Shown piece after piece: positions 38,010 to 48,082 of a stretch of 64,000 bases of DNA (the stretch's first letter is position 1; every line of letters starts with the position of its first letter). The stretch is from Nitrospirota bacterium (GTDB taxonomy: Bacteria > Nitrospirota > Nitrospiria > 2-01-FULL-66-17): the NCBI GenBank assembly GCA_049325335.1, contig JBMOMC010000043.1:277852-341851 (forward strand). Reading direction: 5' to 3'. The notes under the pieces are model-generated. The model was not told where the DNA came from. It did no database searches and worked only from the letters and a program-made list of their open reading frames with translations. The translations under genes were made by a program, and so were the position numbers.

Positions 38010-39406
38010 GCGTGGGTCGAGAGCCATCGGATAAGCCCTGGGGTGGTCGCTTTAGCGAGCCCACCAAGCCCACTGTTGAGACCTTCACCGCGTCGATTCC
38101 GTTCGACTGGCGACTGTATCGGCACGACATCGCGGGGAGCGTTGCGCACTGCAAGGCGTTGGCCGAAGCCAAGTTGATCACCCGTGCGGAGCGGGATCAG
38201 ATCCTAACCGGCCTCAAGGCGATCGAGGCGGATATTGCGGCGGGCAAGTTTGCGTTCTCGATTCAGCACGAAGACATCCATATGAACGTGGAGCGGGCGC
38301 TGACCGAGCGCGTGGGGCCGGTGGGCGGCAAGTTGCACACCGGGCGGTCGCGCAACGATCAGGTCGCGCTGGATATGCGGTTGTACGTCCGCGAGGAGTT
38401 GGACGCGATCATTGATCTGGTGCGCGGGGTGCAGAAGGCGTTGGCGGACGCGGCGTCGCGGCATATTGACGTGATGCTGCCGGGGTACACGCATTTGCAG
38501 CGGGCCCAGCCAGTGCTGCTGGCGCACCATTTGCTCGCGTATTACGAGATGTTGCTGCGCGACGCGGAGCGGTTGCGGGATGCGCGGAACCGTGTGAACC
38601 GGATGCCGTTGGGTTCGGGCGCACTGGCCGGGACCAATTACCCGATCAACCGCGAGTTGGTGGCTGAGTATCTGGATTTCCCCATCGCCACGCGGAACAG
38701 CCTGGATTCGGTGAGTGATCGGGACTTTGTGATCGAATCGTTGGCCGCGTTCGCGCTGATCATGGCGCATCTCTCCCGCTTTGCCGAAGAACTCGTCATT
38801 TGGTCCACGAGCGAGTTCGGGTTCATCGAACTGCCGGACGGGTTTTGCACGGGCAGCAGTATGATGCCGCAGAAGAAGAACCCGGACGTGCCGGAGTTGA
38901 TCCGCGGCAAGACCGGCCGGGTGTATGGTTCGCTGATGGCATTGCTGACCACTGTCAAAGCGTTGCCGCTCGCGTACAACAAGGACATGCAGGAAGACAA
39001 GGAGCCCTTGTTCGACGCGGTGGATACGGTCAAGGCGTGTTTGGCGATCACGGCGGAGATGATCCCCGGCATTCGATTCAAGACCGATACCATGGCCGCG
39101 GCGGCATCCGACAGTTTCCTGCTCGCGACCGAACTGGCCGATGCCTTGGCGCTCAAGGGCTTGCCGTTTCGCGACGCGCACGAGGTGGTGGGCAAGCTGG
39201 TGCGGCATTGCGTGGAGACCAAACAATCGCTGACCGCGCTCTCGCTCGACGAGTTCCGCCGGTTCTCGCCGTTGATCGATGCGGCGATGGTCGCGGGCCT
39301 CACGCCTCAAGCCGCGATTGCGCGAAAAGCTCAGATCGGCGGGACGGCCGCCGAGTCCGTAAAACAGCGGTTAAAGGAACTTGAAAAGGGATCGAAACGA
39401 GGATGA
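38006..39406 (+). CDS. argH: Argininosuccinate lyase
   Basis: [26 protein letters not shown]. Confidence 0.97.
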
Positions 39407-39426
39407 TTCGGCCGGGCCTCGTTGTG

Positions 39427-39454
39427 GTAGGGGCGCACGGCCGTGCGCCCCTAC
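39427..39454. repeat. GTAG-family REP palindrome
   Basis: GTAGGGGCGCACGGCCGTGCGCCCCTAC, a perfect palindrome. Confidence 0.85.
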
Positions 39455-39463
39455 GGTGACCGG

Positions 39464-39598
39464 ATGATGCGGGCCGTTACGCTTGCATTGTTAATCGGGA
39501 TTTTGCTAGCATCGTCCGTCAGTTGCGGCCGAAAGGGCGCTCCAATTGCGCCGGAAGACGTGCCTAAGCCGGCGAAGCACTCCTCGCAGTCTGAGTAG
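39464..39598 (+). CDS. LptM/YifL/LppL-family small lipoprotein (44 aa)
   Basis: MMRAVTLALLIGILLASSVSCGRKGAPIAPE...; CGxKG motif; argH-lysA context; not in the ORF track. Confidence 0.75.
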   Translation: MMRAVTLALLIGILLASSVSCGRKGAPIAPEDVPKPAKHSSQSE

Positions 39599-39678
39599 AC
39601 GGTTGGCCCGCAGCGACTCGCGTCGTCGTGAGCGGCGATGCGTCCACGTGTCGTCCAGGGACGGACGAAGGAGGGGGT

Positions 39679-41625
39679 ATGGCGTCATCGACGCTCGTTG
39701 AAGCAACGGAGAAACGTTCGCCGGTCAGCGTGCAATCGCGCAAGCGGCGGCTGCTCCTAATCGAGCCGTATCCGGAAGACGGCCCCTATCGCTTCACCCA
39801 AGGCGAGCGTCGTGCCCTGTGGTTCCCCAAACTCTCGTTGCCCGTGATCGCGGCCTACACGCCCGAGCACTGGGACGTGACATTTATCGACGAAGCCGTG
39901 GATCGCGTGGATTTTACGCTCGACGTGGATCTGGTCGGCGTTTCCGCGCAAATGACCTGCTACGCGCCGCGGGCGTACCAGCTCGCCGAGCGCTTCCGCG
40001 CCCGCGGTATTAAAACCGTGATCGGCGGCACGCACGTGAGCTACTGCCCGGACGAGGCGCTTCAGCACGCGGATACGATTCTTATCGGCGAGTCCGAGGC
40101 CATCTGGCCGCAGGTCATCAAGGACTTTGAAGCCGGCCTCATGCAGCGCACCTACCGCATGGCCGAATTCCCCAGCATGGACGACTATCGCCAGCCGCGC
40201 GTGGATTTGTTGAAACACGAAGAATATATGACGACGTCCTGCATCCAAACCACGCGGGGGTGTCACTTTGATTGCGAGTTTTGCAGCGTGTCGCCGTACA
40301 ACGGGAAGACCTCGCGGCGACGTCCGGTGTCGCACGTGGTGGCGGAGATCCAGCGGATCAAGGACCGTCGCCGCAGTTTGATCGTGGACAAGATGACGTC
40401 GGGGCCGTACGGCCAACGGTTTGCGGCGTCGTTCAACCTGCTGTCCGGGATCGAGGACGGCACCATCTTCGCGTTCGTGGACGACCTGCACAACTCCAGC
40501 CGAGCCTATTGCAAGGAATTGTGGACCGCGTTGATCCCGCTCAAGATCAAGTGGGGCGCGCAGTGCACGTTGTTTTTGGGCGACGAACCCGAGATGGTCA
40601 AACTCGCGGCCCAGAGCGGCTGCGTGTCCATGTTCGTGGGGCTGGAGTCGATCATCGAAGAGAGTATCGACGAGACCAACAAGCCGTTCAACCGCGTCGC
40701 GCAGTACGAGCGGGAGATCAAGTGTTTTCACGACCATGGGATCATGCTCAACCCGGGCATCATTTTCGGGTTCGACAACGACGACGAGTCGGTGTTTCCG
40801 CGGACCGTGGAGTTTTTGAACCGCAACCGCATGGAGTTGGCCTATTTCAACATCCTCACGCCGTTGCCGGGCACGGCATTGTTCGAACGTATGAAGGGCG
40901 AGGGGCGGATTTTCGACTTTGACTGGTCCCGCTACGACGGGAAGAACGTGGTGTTCTGGCCCAAGCGCATGAGCCCGAAGACGTTGCAAGACGGGTTCTT
41001 TTGGGCCAACCACGAATTCTTCTCGTGGCCGTCGATCGCGCGGAGGATTCTGCCGACGAGCCAGCGCCTGGTGGCTCGGGCCGCGATGAACGTGGCGTTC
41101 CGGCATCTGGTGCGCCGCACCGCGCCCAAAGGTGGTCTCTCGCCGCTTTCGAACGTGATTCAGAGTCTGCGGGTCAAGCTCCCGTCACTAGCCACGGAGA
41201 ATTTGATCCCCAACGCGTTGCACGCGCTCAAAGAGAAGGCGACCGGCGCGGCGCAACAGATTGACCGGTTCCTGCAAGTGCAGGTCAAACGCAGCGACGT
41301 GGCGCAGGCGGCCGACGCGGCGGCGCCGTCGCGGCCCGCGTTGCACCTCGATCTGGTGGGGACGTTGGACGAATTGGGGGCCAAGGAACTGCGCAAGCGC
41401 TTGCTCGATGCGGTGCGCGAGGCCAAATTGGAAATCGTGGTGAACTTCGAACACGTACAGCACGCCACGCCGCAGGCAGTGCAAGCGCTCATCGACGGCG
41501 AGTACCTCAAAACACTGAAGGCGCACGCTTCGGTGAAATTTATCAACCTGAAGACCGCGTTTCAGGCCGCGTTGGAGCGCATGACGCCGCAGCGCGTGAC
41601 GTGGGGCGACGAAACCATAGGATAA
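39679..41625 (+). CDS. B12-binding radical SAM enzyme with C-terminal STAS-like domain
   Basis: AAGGAGG SD; VIGGTH cobalamin-domain motif; CHFDCEFC; GLES; LDLVGTLDELGA...VNFEHVQHAT. Confidence 0.85.
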   Translation: MASSTLVEATEKRSPVSVQSRKRRLLLIEPYPEDGPYRFTQGERRALWFPKLSLPVIAAYTPEHWDVTFIDEAVDRVDFTLDVDLVGVSAQMTCYAPRAYQLAERFRARGIKTVIGGTHVSYCPDEALQHADTILIGESEAIWPQVIKDFEAGLMQRTYRMAEFPSMDDYRQPRVDLLKHEEYMTTSCIQTTRGCHFDCEFCSVSPYNGKTSRRRPVSHVVAEIQRIKDRRRSLIVDKMTSGPYGQRFAASFNLLSGIEDGTIFAFVDDLHNSSRAYCKELWTALIPLKIKWGAQCTLFLGDEPEMVKLAAQSGCVSMFVGLESIIEESIDETNKPFNRVAQYEREIKCFHDHGIMLNPGIIFGFDNDDESVFPRTVEFLNRNRMELAYFNILTPLPGTALFERMKGEGRIFDFDWSRYDGKNVVFWPKRMSPKTLQDGFFWANHEFFSWPSIARRILPTSQRLVARAAMNVAFRHLVRRTAPKGGLSPLSNVIQSLRVKLPSLATENLIPNALHALKEKATGAAQQIDRFLQVQVKRSDVAQAADAAAPSRPALHLDLVGTLDELGAKELRKRLLDAVREAKLEIVVNFEHVQHATPQAVQALIDGEYLKTLKAHASVKFINLKTAFQAALERMTPQRVTWGDETIG

Positions 41626-41627
41626 GC

Positions 41628-41747
41628 GCCCGTCCATGAGCGGTCATCTGCTGCGTTGTCGTTTCGAAATCCCTCCTCACGTACGCCCCAGTACGCTCCG
41701 GGGGGATTTCTCGCTCCGCCTTGCATCTGACGCGCTCCTGAACGGGC
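41628..41747. repeat. ~120-nt structured interspersed element, copy A
   Basis: CTGC.GCGTTG...CTCACGTACG...AGTACG...CGCCTTGCAT core within long imperfect inverted repeats. Confidence 0.85.
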
Positions 41748-41780
41748 TTGAATGGGTTATGCCGCAATGGGGATTTCCGT

Positions 41781-43046
41781 ATGCATGATTTTCGTGATAT
41801 CGGCGGGCAATTATACTGCGAGCAGGTTCCGGTGGCCAAGATTGCCAAGGCGGTCGGCACGCCGTGTTATATCTACAGCCACCGGACGTTGACCAGGCAC
41901 TTTCAGGCCGTGGACGGCGCGTTTGCGTCGATTCCGCACGTTACCGCGTTCGCGATGAAAGCCAACTCCAACCTGGCGATCCTGCGGCTGTTCGCGTCGC
42001 TGGGCGGCGGTGCCGATATCGTCTCGGGCGGGGAACTGTATCGCGCGCTCAAGGCGGGCGTGCCGCGCGACAAGATCGTGTTCGCGGGCGTAGGCAAGAC
42101 CCGCGAAGAGATCGCGGAAGCGCTCAAGGCCAAGATCCTGTCGTTCAACGTGGAGTCGGCGCAGGAACTGGCCGCGATCGATGAGGTGGCGCGCAAGCTC
42201 AAGACGCGCGCGCGCATCTCGCTGCGCGTGAACCCGCACATCGACCCCAAGACCCACCCGTACATTTCGACCGGGCTCAAGAAGTCCAAGTTCGGGATCA
42301 ACATCGACCAGGCGCTCGCTCACTATAAAGACGCGAGCGGGCGCAAGGGCATCGAGATCGTGGGCGTGCACCATCACATCGGCTCGCAGCTCACGCAGGT
42401 TCAGCCGTTCGTGGAGGCGCTCGCGCGGGTGTTGGAATTGGTCGACGCGCTCAAGGCGCAGGGCGTGGTCATTCGCAGCTTGGACATGGGCGGCGGGTTG
42501 GGCATCCCGTACAAGGACGAAACGCCGCCGTCGCCCCAGGATTTGGCGAACGCGGTGCTGCCGTTGCTGCGCGGGCGCGACCTCACGTTGATCATCGAGC
42601 CGGGGCGCGTGTTGGTGGGCAACGCCGGCATCTTGGTGACCAAAGTGCTCTACACCAAAGAAGGCGCGGAAAAGAATTTCGTGGTGGTGGACGCGGGCAT
42701 GAACGACCTGCTGCGGCCCAGCCTGTACGAGGCGTACCACGAGATCAAACCGGTGCGTCGCGCCCAGCGCTCGCCGCGCGTGGTGGACGTGGTCGGGCCG
42801 ATCTGCGAGTCCGGGGATTTTCTCGCGCAAGACCGCGAACTGCCGTCGGTGGAGCCGGGCGAGTTGCTGGCCGTGATGAGCGCGGGCGCGTACGGGTTCT
42901 CCATGGCCTCCCGCTACAACTCGCGGCCGATGATTCCCGAAATCATGGTGAAGGGCAACCGCTTCGTGGTGATCCGCGAACGCGAGACCTATCACGATCT
43001 GGTGCGGGGCGAAACGATTCCCGCGTTTTTGAAAGGCGGCCGCTGA
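41781..43046 (+). CDS. lysA: Diaminopimelate decarboxylase
   Basis: FAMKANSN, HIGSQ, GGGLG, EPGR, GPICESGD. Confidence 0.97.
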   Translation: MHDFRDIGGQLYCEQVPVAKIAKAVGTPCYIYSHRTLTRHFQAVDGAFASIPHVTAFAMKANSNLAILRLFASLGGGADIVSGGELYRALKAGVPRDKIVFAGVGKTREEIAEALKAKILSFNVESAQELAAIDEVARKLKTRARISLRVNPHIDPKTHPYISTGLKKSKFGINIDQALAHYKDASGRKGIEIVGVHHHIGSQLTQVQPFVEALARVLELVDALKAQGVVIRSLDMGGGLGIPYKDETPPSPQDLANAVLPLLRGRDLTLIIEPGRVLVGNAGILVTKVLYTKEGAEKNFVVVDAGMNDLLRPSLYEAYHEIKPVRRAQRSPRVVDVVGPICESGDFLAQDRELPSVEPGELLAVMSAGAYGFSMASRYNSRPMIPEIMVKGNRFVVIRERETYHDLVRGETIPAFLKGGR

Positions 43047-43462
43047 TGACCCTGGCAGCCGAGACCACGGCGCCGGCCAAGCCGGGCGACCGCAAGGGAC
43101 GCGGGTTCTTCCTGACCCTGATCATCGTGTCGGGCATCGTGATCTTGGGCCTCGCGATCTTGTTCTTCAAAGGGAAGGACTTTTTTATTTTCACCTGGCA
43201 GAAGTTCGTGATCGAGAAAGCGCTGGTGCGCGCGCTGCCGCCCGAGTACACGGTCGAGCAAGTCGAGGGCATTCGCCGCGCGCTCATCGATTTTTACGCC
43301 GCGGGCGGACGCCACGAGATCTCGGACGAAGCCTTGTACGGTATGAGTCAAGGCATCAAAACCATTTTGGCCGACCAGGTGGTCACGAAACAAGAAGCCG
43401 AGGCGCTGATGGCATTCATCAAAGAACATGGACCCAAGGCGGAGGGCGCCGCGGCGCCCTAA
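43046..43462 (+). CDS. Hypothetical single-TM protein
   Basis: Translationally coupled to lysA; hydrophobic N-terminal helix. Confidence 0.7.
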   Translation: MTLAAETTAPAKPGDRKGRGFFLTLIIVSGIVILGLAILFFKGKDFFIFTWQKFVIEKALVRALPPEYTVEQVEGIRRALIDFYAAGGRHEISDEALYGMSQGIKTILADQVVTKQEAEALMAFIKEHGPKAEGAAAP

Positions 43463-43466
43463 GTTC

Positions 43467-44300
43467 ATGGCTCGGACGACCAAGATTCCGTTCGCCAAGA
43501 TGTCGGGAAGCGGCAACGACTTTGTCCTGATCGACAACCGGAAGGAGATTGTCCCGCGTCGTTCCATGCGGGCATTCGTGAAGGCCGTGTGCCGACGAGG
43601 GTTGTCGGTGGGCGCGGACGGGGTGATCTTCATCCAGCCGTCGCGGCGCGCGGATTTCCGCTGGCACTACTTCAACTCCGACGGCGGCGAAGCCGAGATG
43701 TGTGGAAACGGCAGCCGGTGCGCCGCGCGGTTCGCCGCGCTCAAAAAGATCGCGCCCAAGCAGATGACCTTTGAAACCGTGGCGGGCATCATTCACGCCG
43801 ACGTGGGCGCCAAGAGTGTGACCGTGACGTTGCCTTTGCCGCACGATCTGCGGTTGAACGTGACGGCTGAGGTCAACGGCAAATCGTACGACGCGCACTT
43901 TCTCAATACCGGCGTGCCGCACACCGTGCTCTTTCTGGACGATGTCGAAGCCGTGGACGTGCAGGGGTTGGGGCGCGCGATCCGGTTCCATCCGTTGTTC
44001 GCGCCTGCGGGCACGAATGCGAACTTCGTGCGGATCGACGGCCCGCACCGCTTGACCATTCGGACCTACGAGCGCGGCGTGGAGGCGGAAACCTTGGCCT
44101 GCGGAACCGGCTCTGTGGCCGCGGCCGTGCTGGCCGGTCTGCTCGGCAAAGTCAGCTCGCCGGTCACGTTGACCACGCGCGGAGGACCACCGCTGATCGT
44201 CGGGTTCGAGTTGGAGGGGCACGCGATTCGGCGCGTGGAGTTGACGGGCGAGGCGCGGTTGGTGTACGAAGGCACGTTGACACCGGAGGCGTTACTCTGA
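43467..44300 (+). CDS. dapF: Diaminopimelate epimerase
   Basis: GNDF, EMCGNGSRC, ERGVEAETLACGTG. Confidence 0.97.
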   Translation: MARTTKIPFAKMSGSGNDFVLIDNRKEIVPRRSMRAFVKAVCRRGLSVGADGVIFIQPSRRADFRWHYFNSDGGEAEMCGNGSRCAARFAALKKIAPKQMTFETVAGIIHADVGAKSVTVTLPLPHDLRLNVTAEVNGKSYDAHFLNTGVPHTVLFLDDVEAVDVQGLGRAIRFHPLFAPAGTNANFVRIDGPHRLTIRTYERGVEAETLACGTGSVAAAVLAGLLGKVSSPVTLTTRGGPPLIVGFELEGHAIRRVELTGEARLVYEGTLTPEALL

Positions 44301-45172
44301 TGTTTACTGGCTCATACGTCGCGCTGGTCACGCCGTTCAAGAACGGCAAAGTTGATGAGCGGGCGTTCGGCGATCTGATCGAGTGGCAGATCGAACGCGG
44401 CACCAACGGCTTGGTGCCGTGCGGCAGTACGGGCGAGTCCGCCACGCTCACGCATGAAGAGCACGATCGCGTGATCGAACTCACGGTCGAAGTCGCGCGC
44501 CGGCGCGTGCCCGTGATCGCGGGAACCGGCTCGAACGCGACGCACGAGGCGATTCGCCTCACCAAACACGCCAAGTCCGTGGGCGTGGACGCCGCCTTGT
44601 TGGTCACGCCGTACTACAACAAACCCACGCAGGAAGGCCTGTTCCAGCATTTTGAATCCATTGCGCGCGCGGTGGACCTCCCGTTGGTGTTGTACAACAT
44701 TCCGGGTCGGTCCGTGGTCAACATGACCCCGCAGACCGTGGCCCGGTTGAGCGCCATCACCAATATCGTGGGCATCAAGGAAGCCTCCGGGAACCTATCG
44801 CAGATGAGCGATGTGATCGCCGCCTGCGGGGAGCGGTTCGTCGTGCTCTCCGGCGACGACGCCTTGACTCTGCCGTTGATGGCGGTGGGCGGAAAGGGCG
44901 TGATCTCGGTGACCGCCAACGTGGCGCCGGCCGAAACCTCGGACATGGTCAGCGCCGCGCTCAAGGGCGACTGGGACCGCGCCAAGCGGATGCACTACCG
45001 GCTGCTCCCGTTGTCCAACTCGATGTTCCTCGAGACGAACCCGATTCCGGTCAAATCTGCATTGGCCCTCATGGGGCGGTGCGCGGACGAACTCCGGTTG
45101 CCCCTCACCACGATGTCCGATGGACCGAAGGCGCAACTGCGTCAGACCCTCAGCCAGTTCGGTTTGATCTAG
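44300..45172 (+). CDS. dapA: 4-hydroxy-tetrahydrodipicolinate synthase
   Basis: GSTGES, PYYNKP, YNIPGR, GIKEASG, TNPIPVK. Confidence 0.97.
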   Translation: MFTGSYVALVTPFKNGKVDERAFGDLIEWQIERGTNGLVPCGSTGESATLTHEEHDRVIELTVEVARRRVPVIAGTGSNATHEAIRLTKHAKSVGVDAALLVTPYYNKPTQEGLFQHFESIARAVDLPLVLYNIPGRSVVNMTPQTVARLSAITNIVGIKEASGNLSQMSDVIAACGERFVVLSGDDALTLPLMAVGGKGVISVTANVAPAETSDMVSAALKGDWDRAKRMHYRLLPLSNSMFLETNPIPVKSALALMGRCADELRLPLTTMSDGPKAQLRQTLSQFGLI

Positions 45173-45180
45173 CTGTACCC

Positions 45181-46005
45181 GTGTCCAAGTCCGCCGAGAA
45201 GCCGACCCGCCTCATCATCATGGGGGCCGGGGGCAAGATGGGCCAACGTCTCGTCGCGCTCGCGACGGAAACCTCCGGTCTGGCGCTTGGCGCGGCCGTT
45301 GAGCAAGCGGGCCACCAATCCATTGGTCGCGACGCGGGAGAGACCGCGGGGGTGGGACGCCTTGGGGTCGTGATCAGCGATGACGTGACGCGTGCGTTAT
45401 CGGACGGCGAGGTAGTGATCGACTTTACCGCGCCGGTTGCGACCGACGCATTGGTGCCGTTGGCGGTTGCGCACCGGCGGCCGTTGGTGATCGGAACCAC
45501 CGGGATATCTCCCGATGGCTTGCGCGCGATCCGAGACGCCGCAACCAAATTGCCGATCGTGTTCGCGCCCAACATGAGCCTCGGCATGAACGTCATGTTC
45601 AAGATCGTGGCCGACGTGGCGCGCGCGCTCGGGCCCGGGTACGACCTGGAGATCGTCGAAGCCCACCATCGCCTCAAAAAAGACGCGCCCAGCGGCACCG
45701 CGCTACGGTTGGCCGAGGTGTTGGCCGAAGCGACCAAGCGGCGCCTTGACGAGGTCGGCGTGTACGCGCGCCACGGCCAGATCGGCGCGCGTACGCCCAA
45801 CGAGATCGGCATCCAGACCGTGCGCGCGGGTGACATCGTGGGCGATCACACCGTGTTGTTCGGCGGACTGGGCGAACGACTGGAAGTGACCCACCGCGCC
45901 TCCAGCCGCGACACGTTCGCGCGCGGCGCCATCCGCGCGGCGCAATGGTTGGCAGGAAAGCCGAACGGGCTCTACGACATGCAGGATGTGCTGGGCCTTC
46001 GCTGA
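45181..46005 (+). CDS. dapB: 4-hydroxy-tetrahydrodipicolinate reductase
   Basis: GAGGKMG, IDFT, GTTG, EAHHRLKKDAPSGTA. Confidence 0.97.
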   Translation: MSKSAEKPTRLIIMGAGGKMGQRLVALATETSGLALGAAVEQAGHQSIGRDAGETAGVGRLGVVISDDVTRALSDGEVVIDFTAPVATDALVPLAVAHRRPLVIGTTGISPDGLRAIRDAATKLPIVFAPNMSLGMNVMFKIVADVARALGPGYDLEIVEAHHRLKKDAPSGTALRLAEVLAEATKRRLDEVGVYARHGQIGARTPNEIGIQTVRAGDIVGDHTVLFGGLGERLEVTHRASSRDTFARGAIRAAQWLAGKPNGLYDMQDVLGLR

Positions 46006-46126
46006 GCCTGCTCATCAGGGGCCGTCTGCGGCGTTGCCGCTGCGCATCCGCTGCTCACGTACGACCCAGTACGCTGCGCTGCGGGTGCTCGCGTCGCCTT
46101 GCATCCGGCCCTCTGCTGCGCAGACT
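46005..46126. repeat. ~120-nt structured interspersed element, copy B
   Basis: Same core motifs; outer stem AGCCTGCTCATCAGGGGCCG/CGGCCCTCTGCTGCGCAGACT. Confidence 0.85.
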
Positions 46127-46266
46127 GACGGCGCGGACACATCCGCGCCGGGAATACAGCCTTCCGTCGTCTCGATAGTTTCCACTTTGAGTAGCGAAGA
46201 GAAGAGGGATTCTTATCTTGCCTTTGACGACGCTCACGCTCAACCCAACCCTGCGAGGGTAATCTT

Positions 46267-47028
46267 ATGGACTTGATCGCCGATCCCAACGCCTGGCTTG
46301 CGCTGATCACGCTGACCGCGCTTGAAATCGTCCTGGGCATAGACAACATCATCTTCATCTCGATTTTGGCCGGCAAATTGCCGGCCGAGCAGCGCGCGAG
46401 GGCTCGGACGATCGGCCTGGCCTTTGCGATGGGCACCCGCCTCGCGCTCCTGGCCTCGCTGGTGTGGATGATGCGCCTGACGGCGCCGTGGTTCACGGTG
46501 CTCGGGAACGAGATTTCCGGTCGGGACGTCATTCTGATCCTTGGCGGCCTGTTCCTGCTTGCTAAGAGCACGATGGAGATTCACGACAAACTGGAAGGGG
46601 AAGAGGAGTCTTCGAGCGGCCGCGCGGCCGCGACGTTCGCGAGCGTGATCGTTCAGATCGCGATCTTGGACATCGTGTTTTCCTTGGATTCGATCATCAC
46701 CGCGATCGGCATGGCGAATGAGTTGGCGGTCATGGTCGCGGCGGTCATTATCGCCGTCATCTTCATGATGTTTTTCGCCGGCGCGGTCAGCGCGTTTATC
46801 GACCGGCACCCCACGGTCAAGATGCTCGCGCTGAGTTTTCTGTTGATGATCGGCCTGGCGTTGATCGGCGACGGCTTGGACATGCACATCCCGAAGGGCT
46901 ACATCTACTTCGCGATGGCGTTTTCGGTCTTCGTGGAGTTGCTCAATATTCGCATTCGGCGCCGAGTGAAGCCAGTGCATCTGCGCGGCCCCCACGCGCC
47001 GTCGGAACGATCAGGCGTCGAACAATGA
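46267..47028 (+). CDS. TerC-family membrane protein
   Basis: LEIVLGIDNIIF and DIVFSLDSIITAIG. Confidence 0.93.
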   Translation: MDLIADPNAWLALITLTALEIVLGIDNIIFISILAGKLPAEQRARARTIGLAFAMGTRLALLASLVWMMRLTAPWFTVLGNEISGRDVILILGGLFLLAKSTMEIHDKLEGEEESSSGRAAATFASVIVQIAILDIVFSLDSIITAIGMANELAVMVAAVIIAVIFMMFFAGAVSAFIDRHPTVKMLALSFLLMIGLALIGDGLDMHIPKGYIYFAMAFSVFVELLNIRIRRRVKPVHLRGPHAPSERSGVEQ

Positions 47029-48081
47029 CGCTTGCGCGGTCGGGCGGCGGAACGCGGCGGTGGAGAGGTCGGGCCAGTCGGTGAGGCCGGTGCGTTTGCA
47101 CGCCATCGAAAACAGGGCGTGGATTTGGTCCGCGAACGGGCCATGGCCGGCCATGCGCGAGCCGAAGTTGGGGTCGTTGAGTGATCCGCCGCGTAGATCG
47201 CGGATGCGGTGCAGCACCTTGTCCTTCATCCCTGGTCGGTGCTGGTCCAGCCAGGCTTCGAAGAGCGGCGCCACGCCGTAGGGAAGGCGCAAAGGCACCA
47301 GGCCGGCGAAGGTCGCGCCCGCGTTGGCTGCGGCCTGGATGATCTTCGGGATCTCCGCGTCGTTGAGTCCCGGAATCACGGGGGCGACGTTCACGCCCGC
47401 GGGAACGCCGGCTTGCGCCAAGGCCGCGATCGCGGCCAAGCGTTTTGTCGGGCGCGACGTACGTGGCTCCAATGCGCCGCACAGGTCGGGGTCCAACGTG
47501 GTGATCGACACGACCACGGCGACGGCATGGTGCTCGGCCAATCGCGACAACACGTCCACATCGCGCGTCACCAACGCGTTTTTGGTGATGATCACCACCG
47601 GGTTGCGGAACTCCGCGAGTACTTCCAGGCACTGCCGGGTCAGGCGCAGTTTACGCTCGATGGGTTGGTAGCAGTCCGTGACCCCGCTCATGGCAATGAG
47701 TCGCGGGATCCAGCTCCGTTTGGACAATTCACGCCGCAACAATTCCGGCGCGTCGTGCTTGACCATGATCTTGGTTTCGAAATCGAGGCCCGCGGAGAAT
47801 CCCAAGTACTCATGGGTAGGGCGGGCGTAGCAGTACGCGCAGCCGTGCTCGCACCCCCGATAGGGATTGACGCCGGCGTCGAACCCGACGTCCGGGCTGT
47901 TGTTCCGGGCGATGATCGTTTTTGACGCGTCGGGCAGGAACTGGGTGACGGGCAGCGGTTGCTCGGCGTCCGCCGCGTCGATCGGTTCAGGCACGCGTTC
48001 CACGCGTTCGAACCGGTTCTTGGGATTCTCCGCCGCGCCGCGGCCGTGGACACCGTGTGGCGTGGGGTGCTGTGGGTCCAT
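47011..48081 (-). CDS. PA0069/Rv2578c-family radical SAM protein (SPL-like)
   Basis: NPYRGCEHGCAYCYAR, SGVTDCYQP. Confidence 0.9.
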   Translation of the reverse strand: MDPQHPTPHGVHGRGAAENPKNRFERVERVPEPIDAADAEQPLPVTQFLPDASKTIIARNNSPDVGFDAGVNPYRGCEHGCAYCYARPTHEYLGFSAGLDFETKIMVKHDAPELLRRELSKRSWIPRLIAMSGVTDCYQPIERKLRLTRQCLEVLAEFRNPVVIITKNALVTRDVDVLSRLAEHHAVAVVVSITTLDPDLCGALEPRTSRPTKRLAAIAALAQAGVPAGVNVAPVIPGLNDAEIPKIIQAAANAGATFAGLVPLRLPYGVAPLFEAWLDQHRPGMKDKVLHRIRDLRGGSLNDPNFGSRMAGHGPFADQIHALFSMACKRTGLTDWPDLSTAAFRRPTAQASLFDA

Positions 48082-48082
48082 G

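Noticed and set aside
46127..46266. yybP-ykoY manganese riboswitch upstream of terC
   Set aside because: Only a GAGTAGC fragment resembles the motif; the other conserved elements and the four-way junction are not evident.
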